A program made the position numbers and the translations under genes. Positions 38,058-46,598 of a stretch of DNA of 64,000 bases are shown piece by piece. Numbering within the stretch: position 1 is the first letter of the stretch; the number at the start of each line of letters is the position of its first letter. This DNA comes from Clostridiales bacterium (GTDB taxonomy: Bacteria; Bacillota; Clostridia; Christensenellales; Borkfalkiaceae): NCBI GenBank assembly GCA_015055545.1, contig SVHY01000004.1:10985-74984 (forward strand), written 5' to 3'. The notes below the pieces were generated by a model that was not told the origin of the DNA, ran no database searches, and saw only the letters and a list, made by a program, of their open reading frames with translations.

Positions 38058-38108
38058 GGTTGCTAATCGTGAAAAACGCTTGAAGTATTTTGAAAGATAT
38101 GTTATAAT
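38053..38108 (+). repeat. Direct repeat copy B
   Basis: See copy A. It contains the promoter TTGAAG, a 17-nt spacer, and TGT-TATAAT. Confidence 0.7.
38080..38108 (+). promoter_or_regulatory. Promoter with extended -10 directly upstream of the protease start codon
   Basis: TTGAAG (38080-38085), a 17-nt spacer, then TATAAT (38103-38108) preceded by TGT. The ATG begins 8 nt after the -10 box. Confidence 0.55.
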
Positions 38109-38115
38109 GTATTTT

Positions 38116-39648
38116 ATGAGAAAGACGTTTAAAAAATGGTTTTATATTGTGCTTAGCGGCGTTTTGTCGCTCGGCTTTTCTGCGTGTGATAATTTAGTAC
38201 CCAAAACGGTAAGTATTGAGAAGGTGGAAAAAACGGGCTCGGAAGGGCTAGTAGATACGTATACCATTTTTTATACGGACGGCACGACAGGTACGTTTAC
38301 GATTACAAACGGTCAAGACGGTGTGGATGCGGAGGGGCTTGTGAGTATCCGTTCTATTGAAAAGACGGCGACGAACGGGCTTGTGGACACGTATACGATT
38401 TATTTTACCGACGGCTCGACGACGACGTTTGAAGTGGAAAACGGCAAGGACGGCGACGACGTTTCCGTAGATGCGCTCTATCAAGAATACGTAGAACGCT
38501 ACGGCGATATTTCCTATCAAGAGTTTTTATCGTTATATTTATCGTTCGGCGCGGACAACAGCGCGACGATTAACCGTTGTTTGCAATCGACGGCGCGGGT
38601 ATACGCTGAGTTTGCGGGCAAGGTAACGGAAGAGAATAAAACGCCCGCGCCTGCGGTGTATACGGGCGGTGCGGTCATATACCAAATCGGCGAAGAAAGC
38701 AGTTATTTGCTTACGAATTATCACGTGGTTATCGACGACGAAGCGGACGGCGCGCCCGTTTCGGATATCATACATTGTTATTTATACGGCAGTTATAACG
38801 GACCTAATAAGGAAACGGACGAAAGCGGCGCGGTGACGGTTAACTACGGCGACGGGGCGATTGCCTGTGAATACGTAGGCGGTTCGGCTACGTACGATAT
38901 GGCGGTACTTAAAGTGAATACGGCGGATTTGCTTGCGAAAAATCCGCAGGCGACGGCGGTAACGTTTGCCGACGAATATTACGTGGGGCAAACGGCGATT
39001 GCCATAGGGAATCCGAACGGCGACGGGATTAGCGTAACGCAGGGGATCGTAAGCGTAGGCGACGAGTTTGTAACGTTGACAATCGGCGGTGAGACCCGTT
39101 CTTACCGTTCTTTGCGCATGGATACGCCCTTGTATAAAGGCAATTCAGGCGGCGGGCTTTTCAACGCCGACGGGGAATTGATCGGTATTACGAACGCGGG
39201 CGATTTGGGGGATCAGAATATCAATTTTGCCGTGCCTATCCAAATCGTAAAACGCACGACGGATAATATTTTGCATTACGCAAACGACGGCGACGTGATG
39301 ACGAGAGGCGTTTATAAAATCACGCTCGGCATAACCGTTACAGGGCAAAATTCGCGATACGTATACGATACGGCAAAGGGCTATGGCTCGATCAAGGAAG
39401 AAGTGTTGATTAAAGAAATCACGGAAAACAGTATCGCTGCGCAAATGGGATTGCAGGTGGGGGACGTTCTTACGGCAATCACGGTTGACGGGGAAATAAT
39501 ACCGATTAACCGTTATTTTGCAGTCGGCGACGTGCTTTTGACTATGCGTACGGGTGCGCAATTCTCGCTTACAATAAAACGTGGCGAGCAAACGCTCACC
39601 ACGTTAATATATACAGTTAAAAAATCCGATTTAGCTTTGACGGCTTAA
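38116..39648 (+). CDS. Lipoprotein trypsin-like (S1C/HtrA-type) serine protease with C-terminal PDZ-like domain
   Basis: Signal peptide plus lipobox (LSLGFSAC), protease blocks LLTNYHVV and the catalytic GNSGGGLF, and a PDZ-like GLQVGDVLTAITVDGE. The ORF-track N-terminal extension overlaps the XRE gene and its terminator, so it was trimmed to ATG 38116. Confidence 0.82.
   Translation: MRKTFKKWFYIVLSGVLSLGFSACDNLVPKTVSIEKVEKTGSEGLVDTYTIFYTDGTTGTFTITNGQDGVDAEGLVSIRSIEKTATNGLVDTYTIYFTDGSTTTFEVENGKDGDDVSVDALYQEYVERYGDISYQEFLSLYLSFGADNSATINRCLQSTARVYAEFAGKVTEENKTPAPAVYTGGAVIYQIGEESSYLLTNYHVVIDDEADGAPVSDIIHCYLYGSYNGPNKETDESGAVTVNYGDGAIACEYVGGSATYDMAVLKVNTADLLAKNPQATAVTFADEYYVGQTAIAIGNPNGDGISVTQGIVSVGDEFVTLTIGGETRSYRSLRMDTPLYKGNSGGGLFNADGELIGITNAGDLGDQNINFAVPIQIVKRTTDNILHYANDGDVMTRGVYKITLGITVTGQNSRYVYDTAKGYGSIKEEVLIKEITENSIAAQMGLQVGDVLTAITVDGEIIPINRYFAVGDVLLTMRTGAQFSLTIKRGEQTLTTLIYTVKKSDLALTA
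38209..38466 (+). repeat. Two tandem 44-aa-period coding repeats in the protease N-terminal region
   Basis: VSIEKVEKTGSEGLVDTYTIFYTDGTTGTFTITNGQDG aligns with VSIRSIEKTATNGLVDTYTIYFTDGSTTTFEVENGKDG at about 60% aa identity. Confidence 0.85.
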
Positions 39649-42600
39649 AATTCTGATAATTTTTTATACAACGCAAACCGTTCAAGACAGTCTTGTTCGG
39701 CTTGTGCAAACAGCGCATCTGCATCGTCGGGTTGCGCTTTTTTCAATGCCCTGAATCGGTTTTCACCCATCAAAAATTCACGGAATTGCCCGTTCGGTTC
39801 TTTGCTGTCCAGCGTAAACGGGTTTTCGCCCGATTCACGTTTTACAGGGTTATAACGGTATAAAGGCCAATATCCACATTCGACGGCGCGTTTTTCTTCT
39901 TCCATAGACTGTTGCATGGGTACGCCGTGAGAGATACAGGGCGAATACGCGAGAATCAGCGACGGACCGTTATACGCTTGCGCTTCCGTCAAGGCGCGTA
40001 TCAATTGTTGCTTGTTTGCACCCATAGCCACTTGTGCGATATACACGTTTTGGTAGGTGGTCATCATGAGCCCCAAATCCTTTTTCGCGCGCCGTTTTCC
40101 CGCCGTGGCGAACCTTGCAACCGCGCTACGAGCCGTGGCTTTGGACGCCTGACCGCCCGTGTTGGAATACACTTGCGAATCTAATACCAGCACGTTGACG
40201 TTCGCGCCCGTAGACAGAACGTGGTCTAAACCGCCGAATCCGATATCGTACGCCCAACCGTCGCCGCCGATAATCCAAACGCTTTTCTTGTTTTCCGTAT
40301 CGCCGTTTGCGTTCCAAGCAAGGCGCATACCCAGCCCGAATTCTGCGTTGTCTTCAAACAGCGAGTTTGCCCAAGCAGGACCGTGTCCGTCTCTGTTTTT
40401 CGTATACGGGCAGGTGGGGGACGAGCCACCGTAAATAGACGAGCAACCCGTGGCGTTGGCGATTAGCATATTTTCCCCGAACAGTTGGGTAAGCAGTTTG
40501 ACGTACGGCGTTTCGCCACAACCTGAACAAGCGTAGGAGAATTCAAACAGCGGTTGATAAAATTGGCTACCTTTTACGCTTTCGCGGGGGAACGGCGTTT
40601 TGTAAGCGGGCAAGCTCTGCGCGTATTCCCAGTTCGCGCCCTCGGTGGGCATACTTTCCGTCGCGGGGCGCATAACCAAAGCCTTTTCCTTAGCAGGGCA
40701 GGTTTGCGCGCAAACGCCGCAGCCCATACAATCGTGCGGGGAAACCTGTACGCGGAATTTCGCGCCTTTAACGCCAGTCGCCGTAATCGTTTTAAACGCC
40801 TCGGGCGTAGCCGTGTTTTCGTCGCAAACGAACGGTCGAATGGACGCGTGTGGGCATACGAACGAGCATTGATTGCATTGAATACAATTCTCTTTTATCC
40901 AAACAGGCAAAAGATAGGGTGCGCCGTGTTTTTCAAAGCGCGTAGTGCCTGTCGGTACGCTTCCGTCGGGATTGAACGCGGAAACGGGTAAGCTGTCGCC
41001 TTGCATGGACAAAATCGGTTTAATAAAGCCTTGGAAATACTCGTCGTCTGCGCCTTTAATAAGCTGTGCGCCGTTCGTCGCGGTTTGCCAGCTTTCAGGG
41101 TACTCGATTTTCTTTACGGCGGCTTTAGCGGCATCTACGGCGGCGAGGTTCATATTCACTACTTCGTCGCCTTTTTTAGCGAAGGTCGTGCGCAGCTGTT
41201 CTTTCAAAAGCGCGATAGACTGTTCGTAGGGCATAATTTGTTCGTTCAACAGGAAGAACGCCGCTTGCATAACGGTACTGTTTCTGCCGTTTAAGCCCGC
41301 TTTGTTTGCGATTCCCGTTCCGTCGATGACGAAAAATTCTAAGCGTTTTTGCGCGATTTGCCGCTTAACGGTTGCGGGCAGGTGTTCTTCCAAGTCCGCA
41401 AGCGTTTCCCATGGACAGTTGAGCAAAAACACGCCGCCGTCTATTGCGGAGGATAACATATCGTAGCGCGTGAGATAGGACGGGTTGTGGCAGGCTGTAA
41501 AATGCGCGTGTTCGATGAGATAAGTCGAGCGGATAGGCGCGTCGCCAAACCGTAAATGTGATACGGTAATACCGCCCGATTTACGGGAATCGTAATAAAA
41601 ATACGCCTGTACGAATAAATCCGTGTGATTGCCGATAATTTTAATGGAGTTTTTGTTCGCGCCTACCGTACCGTCCGAACCCAACCCGTAAAATTTACAA
41701 GCGCGCACGCCGTTGTGATTGACGTGAAAAGAAGGCTCAACGGTTAAAGACGAATGGGAAACGTCGTCGTTGATACCGACGGTAAACCGTTTTTTCGGTT
41801 CGTCAAGCGCTAAATTTTTGAAAACGGCATGACACATAGCGGGGGTAAAATCCTTTGAACCGAGTCCGTATCTTCCGCCGATGACGCGTACGCCCGTCGC
41901 GCCCCATTCCGAAAGAGCGGCGCATACGTCGAGATAGAGCGGTTCTCCTAAACTTCCCGCCTCCTTGGTACGATCTAAAACGGCGATTTTCTTACAGGTT
42001 TGCGGCAGGGCGGCGATAAACCGCGCGCCGTCGAAAGGACGGTAAAGACGTACTTTAATAAGCCCGACTTTTTCGCCTGCTGCGTTCATTTTTTCTACCG
42101 TTTCTTCCATTGCGCCTACGCCGCTACCCATCATGACGACGACGCGTTCGGCGTTTTTATCGCCGAAATAATCAAACGGGTGGTACTGCCTGCCCGTGAT
42201 TTTCGCGACGGCGTTCATCGTTTCCTGTACGATATCGGGCACGGCTGCATAATAGGGGTTGGCGCGTTCGCGGTTTTGGAAATACGTATCGCCGTTTTGC
42301 GCCGTGCCGCGCTGTATCGGCTTGGCAGGGTCGAGCGCGCGGGCTTGAAAGCGTTTGATATCCTCCTCGCAAACGAGCGCACGCATTTCCTCGTATTCGG
42401 GAATTTCAATCGTGTTTAGTTCGTGAGAAGTGCGGAAACCATCGAAGAAATGCAAAAACGGCACTTCCGCGCGGAGCGTCGCGAGGTGGGAAATAAGCGC
42501 CATGTCAGCCGTTTCTTGTACGGACGATGCGGCAAGCATAGCAAAGCCCGTTTGTCGGCAAGCCATTACGTCTTGATGATCGCCAAAAATGTTGAGCGCG

Positions 42601-42950
42601 TGCGCGGCTACGGCGCGTGCGCTGACGTGGATAACGGTAGGCAATAATTCGCCTGCGATTTTATACATATCCGGAATCATGAGCAATAACCCTTGCGACG
42701 CCGTATAGGTGGTGGCAAGAGCACCGCAGGTAAGCGCACCGTGAAGAGCACCCGCCGCGCCTGCCTCCGATTGCATTTGCACGACGTTCGGTACTTGCCC
42801 AAACAGGTTTTCTTTGCCCGCGCTCGACCATTCGTCTGCGGCTTCTGCCATGGGCGATGCAGGCGTGATGGGGTAGATAAGCGCCAAAGAAGAAAAAGCG
42901 TAGGAGACGTAGCTTGCAGCTGCGTTTCCGTCCATAGTAGTCCGTTTCAT
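39645..42950 (-). CDS. nifJ: Pyruvate:ferredoxin (flavodoxin) oxidoreductase
   Basis: N-terminal DGNAAASYVSYAFS..IYPITPASPMAE, two 4Fe-4S motifs CIQCNQCSFVCPH and CMGCGVCAQTCP, and the TPP motif GGDGWAYDIGFGGLDH. At 1101 aa it is shorter than the roughly 1170 aa I expect. Confidence 0.95.
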   Translation of the reverse strand: MKRTTMDGNAAASYVSYAFSSLALIYPITPASPMAEAADEWSSAGKENLFGQVPNVVQMQSEAGAAGALHGALTCGALATTYTASQGLLLMIPDMYKIAGELLPTVIHVSARAVAAHALNIFGDHQDVMACRQTGFAMLAASSVQETADMALISHLATLRAEVPFLHFFDGFRTSHELNTIEIPEYEEMRALVCEEDIKRFQARALDPAKPIQRGTAQNGDTYFQNRERANPYYAAVPDIVQETMNAVAKITGRQYHPFDYFGDKNAERVVVMMGSGVGAMEETVEKMNAAGEKVGLIKVRLYRPFDGARFIAALPQTCKKIAVLDRTKEAGSLGEPLYLDVCAALSEWGATGVRVIGGRYGLGSKDFTPAMCHAVFKNLALDEPKKRFTVGINDDVSHSSLTVEPSFHVNHNGVRACKFYGLGSDGTVGANKNSIKIIGNHTDLFVQAYFYYDSRKSGGITVSHLRFGDAPIRSTYLIEHAHFTACHNPSYLTRYDMLSSAIDGGVFLLNCPWETLADLEEHLPATVKRQIAQKRLEFFVIDGTGIANKAGLNGRNSTVMQAAFFLLNEQIMPYEQSIALLKEQLRTTFAKKGDEVVNMNLAAVDAAKAAVKKIEYPESWQTATNGAQLIKGADDEYFQGFIKPILSMQGDSLPVSAFNPDGSVPTGTTRFEKHGAPYLLPVWIKENCIQCNQCSFVCPHASIRPFVCDENTATPEAFKTITATGVKGAKFRVQVSPHDCMGCGVCAQTCPAKEKALVMRPATESMPTEGANWEYAQSLPAYKTPFPRESVKGSQFYQPLFEFSYACSGCGETPYVKLLTQLFGENMLIANATGCSSIYGGSSPTCPYTKNRDGHGPAWANSLFEDNAEFGLGMRLAWNANGDTENKKSVWIIGGDGWAYDIGFGGLDHVLSTGANVNVLVLDSQVYSNTGGQASKATARSAVARFATAGKRRAKKDLGLMMTTYQNVYIAQVAMGANKQQLIRALTEAQAYNGPSLILAYSPCISHGVPMQQSMEEEKRAVECGYWPLYRYNPVKRESGENPFTLDSKEPNGQFREFLMGENRFRALKKAQPDDADALFAQAEQDCLERFALYKKLSEF

Positions 42951-43389
42951 AAATGATACCTCTCTTATTTTTCATTATAGCCAAAATCGCATTAAAAATT
43001 ACGCGCAATAAAAGCGAATTTGGCTCTTTTCGATTTTTATAATTCTATTTTATAATATTTCCGACAGATTTTTATATGACTAAACAAACAAGAAAACATA
43101 ACAAAACAAACATATTAAAGCGAAAACAGTTTTTGGGGGTAACGGGATTAAATATTCCAAACGCGGAAATTTTGCTGCTTTTATAGGACAAGCAACGCGT
43201 TAAAAGTTGCGTTTGTATCGTCGTTCTTGTGTTTTGATATAAAATATAGTTATATATAACTTACGGATAAATTATGACAAAAACAAATAAATATTAATTT
43301 CCGCTTTTGCGTTAGGAAGATTTTGATTGTTGAATTTGCCACATTATACGAAAAACACAAAAACTCGAAATAATCCCAAATCACAGTTC

Positions 43390-43418
43390 TTGACAACCGT
43401 TTCAAAAATAGCTATAAT
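43390..43418 (+). promoter_or_regulatory. Consensus sigma-A promoter of glucokinase gene
   Basis: TTGACA, a 17-nt spacer, then TATAAT. Confidence 0.65.
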
Positions 43419-43438
43419 AAAGGAAAGGAGTTACGGTT

Positions 43439-44404
43439 ATGGAGAAATATATCGTTGGTATTGATTTGGGTGGCATGGGCGCAAAAGGCGCGCTGTTTTC
43501 AAGCGCGGGAGAATTGCTTGCGTTTGATAAGTTGCCAACGAATAAGGCGGACGGCTTTGAGGGCACGATGCAGATTTTAAAGAGCTTGGTTGATTTGTTG
43601 GCTGAAAAAGCGGGCGTTGCATTGCAAGACGTTGCCGCTATCGGTTGCGGTGCACCAGGGGTGGTGGACAGTAGAAACGGCGTAGTGCTCCGTTGGAGTA
43701 ATTTCGATTGGAACAACGTCCCGTTTGCCAAGCGGTTGGAAGAGCTTACGGGCAAACCCGTGTTCGTCGCTAACGACGCGAACGTAGCCGCACTCGGCGA
43801 AGCGAAATTCGGGGCGACGGCAAAATACCAAAGTAGTATTTTGCTCACGATCGGCACGGGGATAGGCGGCGGTATCGTATTCGACGGTAAGCTGATCGAA
43901 GGTTATAAAAGTGCGGGGGCGGAGCTTGGTCATATTACCATTCGCGAAAACGGTTTGCCTTGCGGTTGCGGGCGAAAGGGCTGTTATGAAAAATACGCGT
44001 CCACGACGGCGCTCATATCCCAAACCCGTCACGCTATGGTGGAACGTTTGGATAGCGTTATGTGGCAAGTTGCGGACGGCAAAATCGAAAACGTGGACGG
44101 CAGAACGGCGTTTATCGCCGCGCGGCAGGGCGACGAAACAGCGAAAAAAGTCATTGAACAGTTCGTAGGCTATTTGTCCGAGGGGATTGCCGACTTCGTC
44201 AATATCCTGCGCCCTGAGGCAATCGTGCTTGGTGGGGGAATCGCCAACGAAGGCGAGGCGTTGTTCGCGCCCTTGCGCGAGGCGGTAGATAAGCGTAGTT
44301 ATATCGCAATGGATATCGTACCTTTGAAAATCGTCGGCGCGCAGCTTGGCAATAAAGCGGGCGTATACGGCGCGTACTGTTTGGCAACGGAAAACGATTT
44401 ATAA
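43439..44404 (+). CDS. glk: ROK-family glucokinase
   Basis: N-terminal IVGIDLGGMG ATP motif and the ROK zinc motif GHITIRENGLPCGCGRKGCYEKY. Confidence 0.88.
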   Translation: MEKYIVGIDLGGMGAKGALFSSAGELLAFDKLPTNKADGFEGTMQILKSLVDLLAEKAGVALQDVAAIGCGAPGVVDSRNGVVLRWSNFDWNNVPFAKRLEELTGKPVFVANDANVAALGEAKFGATAKYQSSILLTIGTGIGGGIVFDGKLIEGYKSAGAELGHITIRENGLPCGCGRKGCYEKYASTTALISQTRHAMVERLDSVMWQVADGKIENVDGRTAFIAARQGDETAKKVIEQFVGYLSEGIADFVNILRPEAIVLGGGIANEGEALFAPLREAVDKRSYIAMDIVPLKIVGAQLGNKAGVYGAYCLATENDL

Positions 44405-44413
44405 AATAGAAAA

Positions 44414-44444
44414 ACGGCGTTTGGATTTTTCGTCCAAACGCCGT
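44414..44444. terminator. Bidirectional terminator between convergent glk and the AraC gene
   Basis: A perfect 12-bp stem ACGGCGTTTGGA/TCCAAACGCCGT with a 7-nt loop. Confidence 0.75.
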
Positions 44445-44460
44445 GCTTTATAGAACGTAT

Positions 44461-45276
44461 TTAATTTTCTTCGTAGGTAAAGCCTGTCGATATGCGGAAT
44501 TCATTGGGCGTGAGCAGAGTTTCGCGTTTAAAAATCATGGAAAAATACGCTTGCGACGAAAACCCGCACGCATACGCAATTTCCGCAATCGGTTGTTCCG
44601 TTTGGGAAAGTAGATATTTTGCGTTTTGGATTCGCACCTTTTCTAAATATTTTTGCGGCGTAATTTCCATAACGTCCGTGAATAGCTTTTGGAAATGGTT
44701 GGGCGTGTAGCCCGTCAATGCGCCCAGCGTTTGCAGGGATATTTTTTGCTCAAAATGCGCTTTCATATACGCAACCGCTTGCTGGATAGGGCGGTTTTTC
44801 GTTTGTGGCGAATCTTTACTTACGTGTTGGTTGCGCCGCGCGTCCTTATCCAAATGATAGAAAAGCTCTAAAAGTTTCGCGGAAATAAACCAATCGTCTA
44901 AAACGTTCGTCTTGACGATATGCGCAAACAGAGTTTCAAACAACGGCTTATAAGTGTGTTCGTTGATAAAAGAGAAATAATTGGGTAGGGCGGACAGGGT
45001 TTCAAAAAACGGACTGTCCTTTTCTATTTGTAAATGTAGACAATAACATTTAAAATGCAGTTTGCTACAACTCACTTGCTCGGGTTTTCGTACGATGAGC
45101 ATGTTGGGGGATAGCCGCCTACTGTCGTTGTCGATATAAGAAGTTGCGTCCTTATCGCAAGAAAGTAAATAATCAAATTCAAAATATTCAATATTGCGCG
45201 GCGGGGTTTTGATGAACCGCGCTCTTTCTTTGCGACTGTTAAATAGCCCGTATTTGATGATATTGCCGATTTTCAT
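44461..45276 (-). CDS. AraC-family transcriptional regulator
   Basis: A C-terminal double HTH (LGALTGYTPNHFQKLF..., IAEIAYACGFSSQAYFSMIFKR). Divergent from the dehydratase cassette. Confidence 0.88.
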   Translation of the reverse strand: MKIGNIIKYGLFNSRKERARFIKTPPRNIEYFEFDYLLSCDKDATSYIDNDSRRLSPNMLIVRKPEQVSCSKLHFKCYCLHLQIEKDSPFFETLSALPNYFSFINEHTYKPLFETLFAHIVKTNVLDDWFISAKLLELFYHLDKDARRNQHVSKDSPQTKNRPIQQAVAYMKAHFEQKISLQTLGALTGYTPNHFQKLFTDVMEITPQKYLEKVRIQNAKYLLSQTEQPIAEIAYACGFSSQAYFSMIFKRETLLTPNEFRISTGFTYEEN

Positions 45277-45428
45277 ACAACACTCCTTTTCTTTAAATTA
45301 TAATATATTGACAGCCGTAAGTCAAATAAAATCGTTAGATATTATAAAAATATCGTTAAATAATGAAAGACGGAATACGGTCGTTTGTTATATAATGCTG
45401 TTATCAACAAAAAAGGGAGAGTATCAAA

Positions 45429-46589
45429 ATGAAGGTTACGGATATAAAAACGTTCGTCGTGGACTGTTTCAGAACGAATTGGGTGTTCGTGAAAGTGTAT
45501 ACGGACGAAGGCGTTACGGGTGTAGGCGAAGGCACGCTTGAATATAAAGAAAAAGCGCTTTGCGGCGCGATTGAGCATATTAAGAGTTATCTGGTCGGTA
45601 AAGACCCGCGCCAAATCGAAAAGCATTATCACGATATTTATCGCGACGCATACTGGCGCGGCGGCGCAGTGCTTATGAGCGCGCTTTCCGCCGTAGAAAT
45701 GGCGCTTTGGGATATTTTGGGTAAATCGTTGAACGTGCCCGTATATCAGCTTTTGGGAGGCAAGGTCAACGAAGATTGCCGTATTTACATAAACGGTTGG
45801 TTCGCTGGCGCAAAAACACCCGAAGAATTTGGCGCAAAGGCAAAAGAGGCGGTGAAAAAAGGCGTAACGGCAATGAAGTGGGATCCGTTCGGGAAGAACT
45901 ATTTGCAAATTTCCAACAAAGATTTGGATACTGCGCTGAAATGTATTCAAGCGGTAAGAGAAGCGGTGGGGAACGAAGTGGATTTGCTCATTGAAGCACA
46001 CGGCAGATTCGACGTGCCGACGGGTATAAAAATTGCGCAGGAAGTAGCGCAGTTCAAACCTATGTTCTTGGAAGAACCCGTACCGCCTAATAATTTAGAA
46101 GCGTTAAAAGCTGTTCGAGATAAATCCCCCGTAGCCATTTCCGCTGGGGAAAGGTTATATACTCGGTTTGATTATAACGAACTTTTCAGACTTCGTGCGG
46201 CGGATTATATTCAACCTGATATATCGCACGCGGGCGGGATTATGGAACTGAAAAAGCTTGCGGCGATTGCCGAGGCGAATTATATCCCGTTTGCGCCACA
46301 TAATCCCAGTGGACCGATTGCGAATGCAGCGACGATGCAAATCGCGGCGTGTTGTCCGAATTTTTGTATTTTGGAAATTATGTATTCGGACGTGGAGTAC
46401 CGTAAATTTATCACGGATGAGAATTTGGAATATAAAGACGGTCGTATAAAAATCGGTGACAAACCAGGGCTGGGGATTGACCTCAACGAGGAAGAATGCT
46501 TAAAACATCCGTACGTAGAACACAATTTACGTCATTATACGGGAGCATTGACGGATATTCGTCCGCCGAAAACGGAGTTCTATTTTTAA
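45429..46589 (+). CDS. Enolase-superfamily acid-sugar dehydratase (D-galactonate dehydratase-like, mandelate racemase subgroup)
   Basis: N-terminal capping domain VKVYTDEGVTGVGEGT, metal-ligand blocks KWDPF, LEEPV and SAGER, and the general base region IQPDISHAGGI. Confidence 0.82.
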   Translation: MKVTDIKTFVVDCFRTNWVFVKVYTDEGVTGVGEGTLEYKEKALCGAIEHIKSYLVGKDPRQIEKHYHDIYRDAYWRGGAVLMSALSAVEMALWDILGKSLNVPVYQLLGGKVNEDCRIYINGWFAGAKTPEEFGAKAKEAVKKGVTAMKWDPFGKNYLQISNKDLDTALKCIQAVREAVGNEVDLLIEAHGRFDVPTGIKIAQEVAQFKPMFLEEPVPPNNLEALKAVRDKSPVAISAGERLYTRFDYNELFRLRAADYIQPDISHAGGIMELKKLAAIAEANYIPFAPHNPSGPIANAATMQIAACCPNFCILEIMYSDVEYRKFITDENLEYKDGRIKIGDKPGLGIDLNEEECLKHPYVEHNLRHYTGALTDIRPPKTEFYF

Positions 46590-46598
46590 GGAGTAATT

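Noticed and set aside
37993-38115. N-terminal extension of the protease ORF (tracked start at 37993)
   Set aside because: It overlaps the 3' end of the XRE gene, its terminator hairpin and a promoter. The signal peptide and lipobox begin at the ATG at 38116.
37300-39650. Calling the tRNA-adjacent region a prophage, ICE or genomic island
   Set aside because: There is no integrase, excisionase, replication, structural or transfer gene. Only a 67-aa XRE gene and repeat scars are present, and the protease gene has host-like composition. At most this is a remnant.
42951-43438. A hidden gene or ncRNA in the 488-bp AT-rich spacer between nifJ and glk
   Set aside because: It contains only low-complexity A/C-rich sequence and promoter-like boxes for the two divergent genes. 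There is no ORF with an RBS, no strong conserved-looking structure and no repeats.
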